Below, piece after piece: positions 1 through 14,360 of a stretch of DNA of 64,000 nucleotides. The DNA is from Eledone cirrhosa (taxonomy: Eukaryota): NCBI GenBank assembly GCA_964016885.1, contig OZ024740.1:141980001-142044000 (forward strand), read 5' to 3'. The notes below the pieces were generated by a model. That model did not search any database, was not told where the DNA came from, and was given only the letters and a program-made list of their open reading frames with translations. The position numbers were made by a program, and so were the translations under genes. The stretch's first letter is position 1. The number at the start of each line of letters is the position of its first letter.

Positions 1-296
1 TAATTTAATTTATAGATTAATTTTAATTTATTTAAACCTTTTATTATAATTCTTTTACAGATAAAATATAACAAAATAATATCGTGTATCCAATGACAGA
101 GAAATAATTTTTAGTATTATAGACCTAATTAATATACATTTTAGAAATATATTTATAATTTGGTTTTAATTTTAATCAACCTAAAAATTTAATTTTAATT
201 TGCTTAAAATTAGTATCCTTATACAGACGAATTGCAGAATGTCATGTAATCATAGAATGGGATGTGTTTTGGATATATACCTAGTTAATATATTCT

Positions 297-1598
297 ATGC
301 AATTTTTTGAAAAAGATATGTATATGTATATGTGTATGTGTATGTGTGTGTGTATGTATATGTGTATATATGTATATATATATATATGTGTATATATATG
401 TATATATGTATGTGTATGTATATGTATATGTATATGTATTAATTTTGATTTCTATTTGCATATAATTATATTATGCTATTGATAAAATACAATATCTGCT
501 TTATGTATTATATACCTAATTAACATATACTATAGAAATAAATATATAATTTTTAATTTAGTTAACCTATAATTTATATTCTACTACCGATGTAATACTT
601 TATTTTATTTGTTTTTTCCCTATTACTAAATTCATTTCCTAATATTGATACCATAACGTTATTAACTTTAATTTAGTTATACTATAATTAATACTCTACT
701 ACTATTTAACTTCAAAATTCTGCTTCAAACATTATAAACCTAACTAATTTACACCTTAGAAATCAATATGTTAACTATCTTTGGTTTAGTTAACATATAA
801 TTAATGGTATACTTGTTTATTTTGAGATGCATAGATTTTGCCTTAGTTCTTGTTTGTTGTATTTCCTAACACTGAAACTATGTAAAAACATACATTGGAT
901 AAAGATACGGAAAATATTCTATGTTTCTTGAAACATATATTTACTATGATCCCCTTCTCCAAACCCCCCCTTTCCCCCATACTATTATCATCTGTATTTG
1001 TAAGCGTGTATGTATGAATATATATGTAGGTAGGTGTCTATATAGGTTTGGGTATTTATATCTAAATGTAAAAATACATATATGCGCATGCAAATATGAA
1101 TGTAAGATTGTGTGTGTATATATGAGTATGTGTATGTATGTATATATGTGTATATATGCATGTATATATGTATGTGTATGTGAATGTGTGTATGTATATG
1201 TGTATGTATATATATATATATGTATATATATGTATATGTGTATATATAGGAATATATATATATATATATATGTATATGTATATGTGTGTGTATGTATGTG
1301 TGTGTATGTGTGTTGTATATATATGTATGTCTCTCTATTTATATGTCTATCTTAGTATCTATGTGATATATGTGTGTGTGTGTGCATGTATGCACATTTA
1401 TGTGTTTATGTGTATATATGTGTATGTGTGTATATATGTGTGTGTGCACACACATATATATGTGAGTGTGTATATGTGTCTGTGTATATGTATGTGTGTA
1501 TATATATATAGGTGTCTATGTGTGAATATATGTCTATATTCGTATGTGTGTATATATGTATGTATATGTTTATATGTATATATATATATATATGTATG

Positions 1599-1641
<43 letters not shown>

Positions 1642-1890
1642 TTTTATTATTATAATATAACTTATGTGTATGTGTGTATATGTGAGGTTGTGTATGTGTA
1701 TATAATATGTGTATATATAAGTGTAAAAAAATATATATATATGTGCATGTCTGTTTTTTATGTGTGTGTATATATATATATATATATATACGTGTGTATA
1801 TATATGTATATGTGGGTGTTTGTATGTGTATTTATGGTGGTATGAGTGTGTGGGTATCTATATATATATATATGTATGGATGTATGTGTG

Positions 1891-1948
<58 letters not shown>

Positions 1949-2296
1949 TATATATATCTCTATTAATGCGTGTATATATGTATATGCATATGCCTTTTTA
2001 TTTTTATTTGTATGTCTGAGTTAGGTGAGGTTGTAGTGGTGTTTTTATGTATATACGCATATATGGATGCGTATGTATTTGTATATATGAGTATAAGTAA
2101 GTGCATATGTATGTATGATTATATATCTAATTCTATGTATGAATATACATGTATATATATGTGTGTATGTAAGTTGTGTGTGTATGTATGTATATGTCTA
2201 TGTGTGTATATATATATGTATGTATATCGATGTACGTGTATGTATGTACATGTATGTATATGTATGTGTGTATGTATGTGTATGTATATTTATGTG

Positions 2297-2354
<58 letters not shown>

Positions 2355-2403
2355 TATATCTTTATTATTTATTTTTTATATATATATGTATGTGTGTATG
2401 TGT

Positions 2404-2434
<31 letters not shown>

Positions 2435-2995
2435 CTTTATATATGTGTATGTGTATGTTCGTGTAGATGTATGTGTGTGTATGACTTTATATGTATGTGT
2501 GTATGTGTGTATGCGTATATATTTCTATGTGTGTGTACATGTATGTATGTGTGTATATGTGTATGTGTGTGTATGTGTATATGTATGTGTATATGTATAT
2601 ATATATATATATATGTTATATATATATATGTATATGTATATGTGTGTGTATATATATATATATATATATCTATATGTTTTTCTATTTGTATATGTATGTG
2701 TGTATAGGTATATACCTTTCTCTTTGTATTTCTAAGTTGTGTGATAGTGTAGTGGTGTTTGTATGTATATACCGATATATAGATGCGTAAGTATTTGTCT
2801 GTATGTATATATGTAAGTCTGTATATATTTGTGTGTATATATAGCTATGTATGTGTATATCTGTATGTATATTAGTATGTAAGTGTTGTATATGTGCATG
2901 TATGTGTGTGGTTATATATATCTGTGTCTATATAGTATGTGTGATTATATGTATATGTGTGTGTATATGTACGTGTATATACATATATATGTATA

Positions 2996-3040
<45 letters not shown>

Positions 3041-3420
3041 ATTTGTATGTATATGTGTATATGTATGTATGTGTGTATATGTATATGTTTATATATGTGT
3101 GTGTATGTATGTTCTTAGTGTGGATGTGTGTATATGTATGTATGTGTTTGTATATGTGTGTATATTTATGTATGTGTGTGTGTGTGTATATGTGTATATA
3201 TATGTATATTATATATATATATGTGTGTGTATATCTATATATATATATATATGTATGTGTATATATGTATATATATATATTTATTTTCTTGATATATTTC
3301 TTTTTTCTTTTTTCTTTTTTCTTTTTTCTGTTTTCTTTCTATTCTTTCCTCTTTAATGTTTATTTATTATTTTTTATTTTTTTATTTTTTTATTTTCTTA
3401 GTTTATAGATACATCTATAT
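297..3420. repeat. Degenerate (TA)/(TG)/(TATG) microsatellite field
   Basis: Mostly alternating purine-pyrimidine dinucleotide mosaic; source of the spurious YIYICVCM ORFs. Confidence 0.9.
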
Positions 3421-3944
3421 TAGGCAGTCAGCTCAGACCGTTGAATACTGACCTCTCCCCCCCCTCCCACCTAATTTCTGTATCTTGATCTAAAAATGTG
3501 TGTGCCAGTGTTTTATGTGAGTGTATTAATATCCATGTGCTTATGATTTTATATCCACATATATAAATGTGAGTGGGGGTGTGTGTGTGTTTGTATGTTC
3601 GTGGTTATGTGTATATTTATGCATATACGCGCGTGTATGTGTGATTGTACTGATATGTGTGAGTATGAAAAAATATATTTATATACTTAATTTCATAAGT
3701 GTCAATACGCATCTTATCTGTGCATTATAAACTTACAGAGACATTAACCTTGAAATTTTGTATTTGCATCCATCCTTTTAGTATGCGTATACAAATTATA
3801 CATACATTTTTGTAAAATATGTGTAAGGGTTTTACATGTATATACACACACCGAACTGCATTTAACCCTTTGTGTTTTCATTGGTCAATTTTGTTCCCAA
3901 ACGGACCTGAAATTTTGAATTGTTGTTATTATCAATAAATATAC

Positions 3945-4098
3945 TTCATTATTTCTGAAGACGGCGTATATATGTGTTGGTATGTATATTTAATCTTGAT
4001 AATTTGTATAATTTTGTATAATTTTGTACATAGATCTGTTGAATATGCATACCAATTCTAACACATATATATCCTAGAAACGATCGTTAAATAATGAA
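3945..4098 (+). ncRNA. Type-I hammerhead ribozyme with long stem II, at the 3' end of a PLE-like segment
   Basis: Stem I TTCATTATTT/AAATAATGAA; CTGAAGA 3955-3961; ~115-nt stem II (TATATATGTGTT..AACACATATATA); GAAA 4077-4080; palindromic CGATCG; GTT cleavage triplet; (TA)n follows from ~4150. Confidence 0.75.
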
Positions 4099-4143
4099 CT
4101 TTTTTTGTTTAATATAAGGAATTGTTTATTCATTATTTGTTTA

Positions 4144-4566
<423 letters not shown>

Positions 4567-4628
4567 TATATATATATAATTATAAAATGTGGAGAAGGAG
4601 CACACGAGTTGGAATATATATATATATA

Positions 4629-5514
4629 TGAAAATAGAAAGAAAGACGATTATTAGGAAGAAAAATATATTTTTTTCCTTTTATTTTTTGTCTCTTTTTT
4701 CTGTGTTAGAAAGTGTTTAAAACAAAATATTTTACTTTGCGTGAAGTGTTAAGATATTACTTAATTTATTTATTAATTAACAATGGCATTTATTTATTTA
4801 TTTATATATTTAATAATTGTCTATTACCGGTTTCAGCATTTTATGCATTATCAAAGGGGGAATTTGTATTGGTATAAAATGTTGGAGAGAAAATAATGTG
4901 ATGTTGAACATGTTAAGGAAATGGGAAAGAAAGAATAGTATTATTTACAAATGGTGGATTGGCAGTATCGGTAGAGGGTCGGACGCCATGCTTTGACGCA
5001 AAGAGTTACGGCCCTTGCCATTCTCAGTTCAAATCCCGCCGATGTTAACTTTGCCTTTCCTCCTTACGGGGTCGATAAAATAAAGTACCAGTAATGCACT
5101 GGGATAATTGCTGGCCTTGTGCCAAAAGTAGAAACAATTATTTACAAACAAGGTTTTTGAAGTAAAAAGAAAAAAGAAAGAAAAAAAGAGGGTGATGTGG
5201 AACATAAAGTAATGGGAAATAAAGAATAATATTATTTACAGACAAAGTTCTTGAGTTCAAAATATGTTATTATGGTAAGAGAGCTTGGTTGGTCCATTAA
5301 TGCATAAAATGCTGAAACCGGTAATAGACAATTATTAAATATATAACTAAATAAATAAATGCCATTGTTAATTAATAAATAAATTAACTAATACCTTAAC
5401 ACTTCACACAAAGTAAAATATTTTGTTTTAAACATTTTCTAACCCAGAAAGAAGAGAAAAAAATAAAAGGAAAAAAAAAATTTTTCTTCCTAATAATCGT
5501 CTTTTTCTCCCTAT

Positions 5515-5520
<6 letters not shown>
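4629..5520. mobile_element. Inverted-repeat PLE-end element (~220-bp arms) with partial HHR; SINE inserted in the spacer
   Basis: 4629-4850 is the reverse complement of 5298-5520; motif TTGATAA-TGCAT..ATGCT-GAAA-CCGG-TA; another copy at 52458-52660; (TA)n on both sides. Confidence 0.75.
4952..5142 (+). mobile_element. tRNA-derived SINE (family S1)
   Basis: A-box TGGCAGTATCGG, B-box-like AGTTCAAATCC, conserved body GGGGTCGATAAAATAAAGTACCAG, TSD ATTATTTACAAA (4940-4951/5137-5148). Confidence 0.9.
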
Positions 5521-5557
<37 letters not shown>

Positions 5558-5598
5558 ATATATGGAAAATGGTAGATACTAGAGTAACTGTTAAACAC

Positions 5599-5666
<68 letters not shown>

Positions 5667-6015
5667 TTATATATATGGGAGAGAGGAAGTAGGAGGAATG
5701 AAACCTAAGATATCCTGACAGACAGACAGATAGGTAGATAAATCGATCGACTGATAGATAGATATATAGATAGATAGATAGGTAGATACTGATCTATAAT
5801 TGCGTGGATATTTGATAAAGTCACGGACGGCTGATAGCTAGAGACAGGAAACCAATAATGACGCTATTATATGTATATAGAAACATATGTAAATGGAGTT
5901 GAATATAAATAAATGAAAACAGGAATATGAAATATAATCCTCGCTCATCAGAAAAACTAATTTAGATAGTCTTACTGAATCTTGCAAAATATATTTCAAT
6001 ATTATATGTAACACA

Positions 6016-6240
6016 AGGGCGGTGGATTGGCAGGATCGGTAGAGGGTCGGACGCCATGCTTTTCAGCATAGAGTTACGGCCCTTTATGATCTGACTTCAA
6101 ATCCCTCCGAGGTTAACTTTGCCTTTCATCCTTAAGGGGTCGATAAAATAAAGTACCAGACACGCACTGGGGTGGATTTAATCAACTTTCTCCTCCTCCA
6201 AAATTGCTGGCCTTGTGCCTATATAAGAAACCATTATTAT
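6016..6240 (+). mobile_element. tRNA-derived SINE (family S1)
   Basis: Same family; TSD TATTATATGTAACACA (6000-6015/6235-6250). Confidence 0.9.
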
Positions 6241-6547
6241 ATGTAACACATCACAGACACATATACACGTTCTATTTCATCATATATTCCCCTTCTCATT
6301 TCTACTATTCACTTTAAGCCAACTCTATCACAAACTACACTTCCACCTACACCCACGTCTATCTTTCCAGCTTCCTAGCCCTAGATCCCTCCACCGACCT
6401 CAACCAACAATAAAACGTAAATGCATACCATTTCAAAAAAATTTTATCTTGTTTTATTTTAGACTAATTTATTTCACGGTCTACCCTTTTCCTGCTTGCC
6501 TAACATTTACTTGTACAACACCACTATATATCCCACATTTTATATAT

Positions 6548-6850
<303 letters not shown>

Positions 6851-6862
6851 TATATATATATA

Positions 6863-7521
6863 AGATTGGAATCGGTGCTCTGAAATAGCGATATATATAT
6901 GAATGTGTATATAGTGTATTTTGCAATACACTGTATGCTTAATTAAAATCATTTTGAAGACCATACGCTATTGTTTTAGAGTAGTGACAGTCTCACTTAC
7001 TTTAATTTTCAGCAAACAGGGGAGATAAAGCTGACAGAGCCCTGTTTCGCACTTTTTAGGGCTTACCATAGCTAAGTACTCCGCCTATTTGCTGAAAATC
7101 ATGAATGTTTGATTCTTATAGAATTCTAGTAATAATCAGTAACGGCTCTGTATAATCAGTTCCTGATTATTACTACAATTCTATAAGAATCAAACATTCA
7201 TGATTTTCAGCAAACAGGCGGAGAACTTCGCTTTGATAAGCACCAACAAGTGCGAAACAGAGCTCTGTCAGCTTTATCTCCCCTGTTTGCTGAAACTTAA
7301 AGTAAGTGGGACTGTCACTACTCTAAAACAATAGCGTAAGGTCTTCGAAATGCTTTTAATTAAGCATACAGTGTATTGCAAAATACACTATATACACATT
7401 CATATATATATTGCTATTTCAGAGCACCAATTCCAATTTTCAATTTCTGCTTGACCGGCAACCGCTCTGTATAATCAGTTCCTGATTATTACTAGAATTC
7501 TATAAGAATAAAACATTGATG

Positions 7522-7525
<4 letters not shown>
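6863..7525. mobile_element. Large fold-back PLE-end element (~275-bp arms plus partial tandem unit)
   Basis: 6866-7139 is inverted relative to 7163-7436; 7462-7525 repeats 7142-7207; related copy at 51070-51390; (TA)n flanks. Confidence 0.85.
7205..7295 (+). ncRNA. Type-I HHR with U3-A8 core and extended stem I
   Basis: TTTCAGCAAACAGG..GCT / AGC..CCTGTTTGCTGAAA; TTGATAA 7233-7239; GCAC/GTGC; GAAA; palindrome CAGAGCTCTG; GTC cleavage after 7269. Confidence 0.8.
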
Positions 7526-7569
<44 letters not shown>

Positions 7570-8046
7570 AAAACAATGAAACGAAATTTCATTTCTCACT
7601 CTTAGTACGGCTGATACCTAAATATAAGTATGTATACGTACATAGATATATGTGTACAGACGCACAGTAGTATGTATATATATATATATACATACATGCA
7701 CACATATATATATATGTACGTATGGGTTTGCCGAACATTTATTATAATGTTCTGTTTGTTTGTAAACAAACATCCCGAATTACGCTGTACAGTGCTCGGC
7801 ACCATCGTCGCCCTTTTGTTCAACACTGACACAGGTACGATGTACTAGTTTCAAGCTTATTAGTTATCGTTAGCATCGTATACCTTTCTGTCAGATGATT
7901 GAACGTCTGAAAGTAAATACTTTCCTTATGCATATTAACGGCTGAGCAGCCTAATTTGCATATCGAGTGAGTTAGTCGGCCGGGTATACCGAAAATGATA
8001 AATGGAAAAGATCGAAACGAAATTTCATTTCTCACTCTTACTTAGA

Positions 8047-8113
<67 letters not shown>

Positions 8114-8121
8114 CTGTTGAA

Positions 8122-8240
8122 AGAGCTCAGCCATCGAGCCCAGATTGTCTACTATATTTACACTCTACTATCCCAAGTGTCGAGTACTTTTTTGAATAAT
8201 GGTCTTTCTAGATTAAATCTGGTATAACCCTGATCTACCT
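8122..8240 (+). mobile_element. Diverged PLE-end fragment of the 18325/35370 family
   Basis: GAGCTCAGCCATCG..CACTCTACTATCCCAAGTGTCGAGTACT matches ~35445-35510. Confidence 0.55.
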
Positions 8241-8246
8241 CTACCC

Positions 8247-8348
<102 letters not shown>

Positions 8349-8660
8349 CGCAATCACTGCATCCTTTCTCCCTGTCAAAATTCTATTCTGTAACTCTTTC
8401 TGTTTCTTTCTGTACACAGGACACAACACTCATATACACACACATGCACACATACATACTTACACACGTGCATACATACATATATACATACATATATACA
8501 CATATGCATGCATCCATCCATCCATACGTATATACATACATACATATATTTATACATGCATATATGCACATATTTATACATGGCTGAAGTCTAATGACTG
8601 AAACCAGTAAAAGAATAAAAGAATTGTATATTTATGTGTGTAAGTGTATGTATACACACG

Positions 8661-8701
<41 letters not shown>

Positions 8702-10039
8702 CTGCATATATATATATACATATCTGCATATATATATATATATTTCTTTTTTATCCTCTGTCTTACACGGTCATTATTCTACGTCTTTTTATCTCACTAT
8801 CTACCCCAGCTCCTTTCTCATTATATCCGTTTCATTGAAGTCGATGACAATAAGCTGTTTATCCTCGTCTAAGTGATGATACGACGCGAGTTACTTTTCT
8901 TGTCAGTACTGTTTTTCTATCTGATATATTTTCTCTGTATTTTTTGTTTCTCTAACGATAGTACTATATCAGCCTTTCTATCATTCTGTAATTCTTTTGC
9001 TTGTTGTATATATTTGCTCTTCGTTATTTTATTAAGTACAAGAGTGATGAAGTATGGAGTTATTGAGAATTATGGCAGTAGACAGCTACCTGCATGCTTC
9101 TCATTTTTGAAGACAAAACGCTTGTTATATTGCAATTTAAGCATTTATAAGATGATTATGAATTAGGTCTGTAACTTAGGCAATGAAGTATGAGATCTTA
9201 ACTACATTTTAAATGTAGGGTTGGGAGGAACCATACCATCGATCTGTTCATATTTCAGGAAGATTAACAGAAACAGGAATAATGGTTCTCTTAGGTGGAA
9301 AGTTTATAGTTAATGGGTGAATGACTTTCTTAAACATGATTCTATAATTACAGGGGTGGATGATTTCCATAAACTGCAATTAAAAAAAACAAAAAATAAA
9401 ATGTTGCTAGCCACGAATTTTGTAAGCCTTCACATTGAAGTCTTTATTTTTCATGTGGTACATTAAAAACAGCCCAATAGAAACATATACGTTATCGAAT
9501 TCCCTAATTTAGTATGATAGAATTCTTATTAATTAAGTGTTCTTTTGAATGAAATGATACAGTGTCTTGGTTTCGAATTTCCCTTTCTACAAGTTACTTT
9601 ACGTATGCTACTAATAGCTTTGGGAAAGGCATGAAACCTGCAGGACATCCTGGGCAAGTTTCTTTTACTATAGCCTCGTGTTGACGAATGTCTTGTGAAT
9701 GGAATTTGGTAGATGGAAGCTGCTGAAGCTCGTTGGTCTGAGCTAGGGTGTAGAACGTGGAACTAGCTGTAAATATGCAGTAGATATGTTCCTACATGCG
9801 CAAGAAGGGAGTATGTGAGCCAGTGTAATTGAAATAATTATATATATATTGTTATACTTGGGGAGGGTCATATTGTTGTTATAATATTGTCAGAAATAAT
9901 AACAGAACACACTCACTGTTTGGTTGGTTTTCGCTTCTGTATCTTTTATATCTTCACAGTTAATTCATTCGGTCCTCAATGTTACCATTGACTGACCAAC
10001 GGTAAAAAATACAGATATAATATAGATATATGCACATAT

Positions 10040-11300
10040 ATATAGTCTAACAAAGTTCTTTCGTTGCACAGCTGCAACATCATCAGTCGTGCTATTATGT
10101 TCCTCCTGTTGTATTCTATATCTGCGCCATCTTTATTTTATCTGTTTATTTATTTATTTATTTTTGTCTTCTCTGCGCATGCGTTTGCGTGTGTGTATAG
10201 TGTTTGGTGTGTGTTCGCGTTTGGGTGAGTGTGTTTTGGATATTGTATTCTATCTTAATTTACTAGTGTGTGTTTATATGTGTTTGTTGTTATTGTGCTT
10301 GTGTATATATTTATTTATTTATTTATTTATTTATATTTCTCTTAAGTCAGTATTGTTTATTTGGGTGTTGTTGTTATTCCATTCATTTTTTCTGTTTATC
10401 TTTGGCCTTCTAAGTTCTATTTCACTTGCCTCTCTGATTTGCCTATCTGCTGGGCCATTTATATGTTTAGATATTATTTTAATTTCTATGTTGCCTATGT
10501 TACCGTCATGTTGTTGTCTGGCATGTTCGTATAGTACTGAACCGTTTTTTCGTCCTTTTAGTTCCCCCCCAGTGTTGGTCTATCCTTTCTCCTATGCTAC
10601 GAGCTGTCTCGCCTATGTATGTTGTTGTCATGTTTCTGCAAGTACCCTCTATACCTCTTATGCTATAGACTACGTTTCTAGTTTTACAGTTTATCCGGGG
10701 GTTTACTTTACATATAATACATTTCCTATTAGTACAGTGGGTTTTCTTAAAAGGGTATGTTTTGCTGATCAGGGATTTATGGTAGTTCCTGGCTTTTCTA
10801 CCACTTTAATCTTTAAGTGGGTCTTTCTCGGGGCCTTTCTACACTGGTCAGCTAATTTCCCTCCAGGGGTATCGTCCACGAACATGACACTCTGGTATCT
10901 CTGGTTGTCGTATCATGAGGTGGCTTTCCCTATCTTATGTTTAGTCCTATCTAAGCTATTCCATGTTTGCTCCTGTATAATGGGCAAATTCCTTTCATGT
11001 CTAGTTCTATGAGGGTCTTATACTTCTCCGTGGCTCCTTCGTATACTCTAATTCTGTCTCTTTGGTTGTAGCCAGAGAACTGCATGCGGTTGATGAAGTG
11101 TTGGATGTGTCTTTCCATTTCTGTCGGGTCGCACATGCAGAACACGTTCTTCATCACTCGTACCAAGTCTGCGATCAGAATATTAAACTTAGCACTATTC
11201 GACATTGCTGAGTTTTTGCGTATCAGGTATTTGGAGGCCATGGGTTTAGCGTAGTGTGAGTGGAGAATTTGGGCCCTCTCGTCTTTAGTTTTAATCCAGA
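10040..11300 (-). pseudogene. 5'-truncated Neptune-type Penelope-like element (RT thumb, Cys-rich linker, GIY-YIG), frameshifted
   Basis: HYAKPMASKYLIRKNSAMS.., IKVVEKPGTTI, CTNRKCIIC..NC, NVVY..YIGETARSIGERIDQH; degenerate HHR (CTGATGA-TGTTGCA..TGCAAC-GAAA) at ~10050-10090. Confidence 0.85.
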
Positions 11301-11658
11301 GTTATAACCCCGAAGAAAATACCACGGAGGCGGAGGGGGTATTTATGTATATATGTGTGTGTCCGCATGTATCTGTGTGTTTCTAATTATATTGTTAATA
11401 ACTCCCTCTGGTCGAGCAATCTTTGAAGTGTGGGGACAGCTGGAAGGCTTCCATTACTCATACTTCTCGCCTTCTTCATCACCTCTTCTACGGCCTCGAT
11501 ATAAATACCCCCTCCGCCTCCGTGGTATTTTCTTCGGGGTTATAAGAGGCTTAGCTCTGTTTCTCGACCGTTATATCGCGTGACTATCTCCCCCTCCGCC
11601 TTTTGGGATTCTTTCTCACGTCGTGTAGACGCGTTCTTGAGACTAGTAAAATGAGGTA

Positions 11659-11748
11659 TCCTCTTGATAAGTCGGCAGACCTCGCAAGGACTCTATATCT
11701 TTATGATATATTGTTTTTGTTTATGCCACGAAACTACGTAGTCGAGGA
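11659..11748 (+). ncRNA. Type-I HHR, U3-A8 core (unit 1)
   Basis: TCCTC-TTGATAA-GT(C)GGCA...TGCCAC-GAAA-CTACGTAG-TC-GAGGA. Confidence 0.85.
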
Positions 11749-12253
11749 ATTTAGGAGCAGTTTAGGTATGATACATTTTATTACTAATTATATCTAAATG
11801 TTTCTTCTCTCTTCATAATGTATTTTTAACTCTGATACTGGTTCAGTCTAGTTCAACTGAATTGGTCTGTCCCAGTCATTCATTGAGCAACATCGGTGAA
11901 GTTGGCACCCTTAACTCACAGTTGGGTGCGGATGCATTCATGTATATATGTGTGTGTCCGCATGTATCTGTGTGTTTCTAATTATATTGTTAATAACTCC
12001 CTCTGGTCGAGCAATCTTTGAAGTGTGGGGACAGCTGGAAGGCTTCCATTACTCATACTTCTCGCCTTCTTCACCACCTCTTCTACGGCTTCGATATAAA
12101 TACCCCCTCCGCCTCCGTGGTATTTTCTTCGGGGTTATAAGAGGCTTAGCTCTGTTTCTCGACCGTTATATCGCTTGACTATCTCCCCCTCCGCCTTTTG
12201 GGATTCTTTCTCACGTCGTGTAGACGCGTTCTTGAGACTAGTAAAATGAGGTA

Positions 12254-12343
12254 TCCTCTTGATAAGTCGGCAGACCTCGCCAGGACTCTATATCTTTATG
12301 ATATATTGTTTTTGTTCATGCCACGAAACTACGTAGTCGAGGA
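12254..12343 (+). ncRNA. Type-I HHR, U3-A8 core (unit 2)
   Basis: Same motif 595 bp downstream. Confidence 0.85.
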
Positions 12344-12573
12344 ATTTAGGAGCAGTTTAGGTATGATACATTTTATTACTAATTATATCTAAATGTTTCT
12401 TCTCTCTTCATAATGTATTTTTAACTCTGATACTGGTTCAGTCTAGTTCAACTGAATTGGTCTGTCCCAGTCATTCATTGAGCAACATCGGTGAAGTTGG
12501 CACCCTTAACTCACAGTTGGGTGCGGATGCATTCATGTATATATGTGTGTGTCCGCATGTATCTGTGTGTTTC

Positions 12574-12615
<42 letters not shown>

Positions 12616-12864
12616 TCTATATATATCTTTTCCGAAAACATTAGAAAGCTAAATGAATATTTTGAATATTCTAATTCGCCTTCCTCACGGCTATGTATTT
12701 AATTAAAAACATCATTAACGTCTATGATTGAATATGCATGAGATTAGACTGGAAATTGCAATCATCAAACTGGTTTGGTGTTAGATTTTTTAAAAAATTC
12801 CAATTACATCATGAATCACAATATTTAACGAAACTCATAAGTGTTCCAAGTAAATTAATATAAT

Positions 12865-12935
12865 AGATAGATAGATAGATAGATAGATATGTTTCTTTAT
12901 TAACCACAGGGGCACAAAAGAAGGGGACAAAATAG
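12865..12935 (-). mobile_element. Extreme 3' end of a Tx1-like LINE with (TATC)n tail
   Basis: Reverse complement TTTGTCCCCTTCTTTTGTGCCCCTGTGGTTAATAAAGAAACATATCTATC resembles 36930-36985. Confidence 0.6.
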
Positions 12936-14089
12936 ATAGATAGATAGATAGGCAGTAGGTAGGCAGTGAGTCGGATTGGTAGAAAGTTATACAAACACAT
13001 AATTAGAGACAGATAATTAGACTGACAGACAAATAAACAAATAGTTTAGCGAGAAAGAAACAGATAGAAAGTGAGAGAAAGAGAGATAGATAGATAGGTT
13101 TATAGATAGAGAGAGAGAGAGAGGGGAAGGGCAGAGAGATAGATAGATAGAATGAGAGAGAGAGAAAGAGAGAAAGAGAGGGGGGACAGAAGAAATATGG
13201 AGGGTGGGTGGATAATGTATTGATCTATCTACACTAGGATCATAATTTCAAATCCTGCTGTTTCGCTGTTTCTAAAATTACATTAGTTAGCAGAAACTGG
13301 CAGAGGATTATCCAATCGTCTCAGGTCATCCTGCCCTTTATTTTTATTTGTTCTCCGGGACTAATTTTAACCTTTGTGTGATTTCAAAATGGTGAAGTCA
13401 CTTTGACTTCGAACAGGTTTTATGCAGCAATTTATATTCTATTCGATATGTGTTCAAAACAGAGCCACACCCTGGGTATTTAGCTTTGAAGACTAGCTCT
13501 ACAATATACGACTCCGTATCCAAGTTATGCACCCCTTCTCACAGTCACGCGCCTCCTTCGAAATAAAATAACATCAAGTTGTTATATTATTGGGTGTGGG
13601 TTTATGCTATTATTTTATTAAATGGTGATAATGTAGTATAAATGTATTGTTTGCAGATCTGTGACCTGTGTATTTAGCTCTAAAATGTGCACCACATTTT
13701 CCCAAGTAAAATAATTTCAACTGGCAGTATGGTAGGATGACTAACCTAGTTTTTGACATTTTGTGCTCTGAACATCCTAAGAAAATGACTAAACTTGCAT
13801 TTTCTACTACACAGTCCACACTCACCCACGTCAAGTCGTGTGAACGATCATAACATTATACGACCCACACTAACGCTTTGGCTATTTCAATAACACCCAT
13901 ATAGGGAAAAGATGTTTAGCGATTTTCTTATTGATCCAAGTAATGCACTTCTCTGGAGTTTGCAACTTATGCAACTGCTTATTTGGCCATAATGATAGCG
14001 CCGTCTATGATTCCACGTGGAAAATGCTGCACTATTGGAAAGTGGTAGAATGATTTCAAACTGGAATTGGTATCATAGACATATAGTAA

Positions 14090-14360
14090 ATGTGTGTGGT
14101 TTATTGGTTAAGGCATTCGGCTAATGATTCTATAGTCGAAAGTTCGATTCCCGGTGGTGCATTGAGTCCTTGAGCAAGACACTTTATTTGACGTTGTCCC
14201 TGTAATTCAAGGGGGCAGCATTGTGTTACGTTGAATCTCCTTAAAACTAATTTAATGTCACACGTGTCTTTGGAATTCTCAGCCACTTGCCTGTTAATTT
14301 CATGAACAGGCTATTTCGTTTATGAAACAACTGGAACACCTTGTCGAAAGCAACAGATGT
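14090..14360 (+). mobile_element. tRNA-derived SINE (family S2), diverged
   Basis: A-box-like TGGTTTATTGGTTAAG, B-box AGTTCGATTCCC, GTCCTTGAGCAAGACACTT; relatives at 53520-53830 (+) and 44830-44970, 49910-50050 (-). Confidence 0.7.

Larger units (their letters stand above)
11302..12580 (+). mobile_element. Non-coding ~595-bp head-to-tail tandem repeat (2.1 units) with an inverted 5' piece; retrozyme-like
   Basis: Units ~11345-11939, 11940-12534 and partial 12535-12580, nearly identical; 11302-11345 is the reverse complement of 11501-11545; one HHR per unit; ends in (TA)n. Confidence 0.85.

Noticed and set aside
4952-5040. tRNA genes at SINE heads
   Set aside because: A/B boxes continue into a shared SINE body with TSDs; no convincing cloverleaf
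10089-11012. 307-aa plus-strand ORF
   Set aside because: Antisense shadow of the minus-strand Neptune PLE
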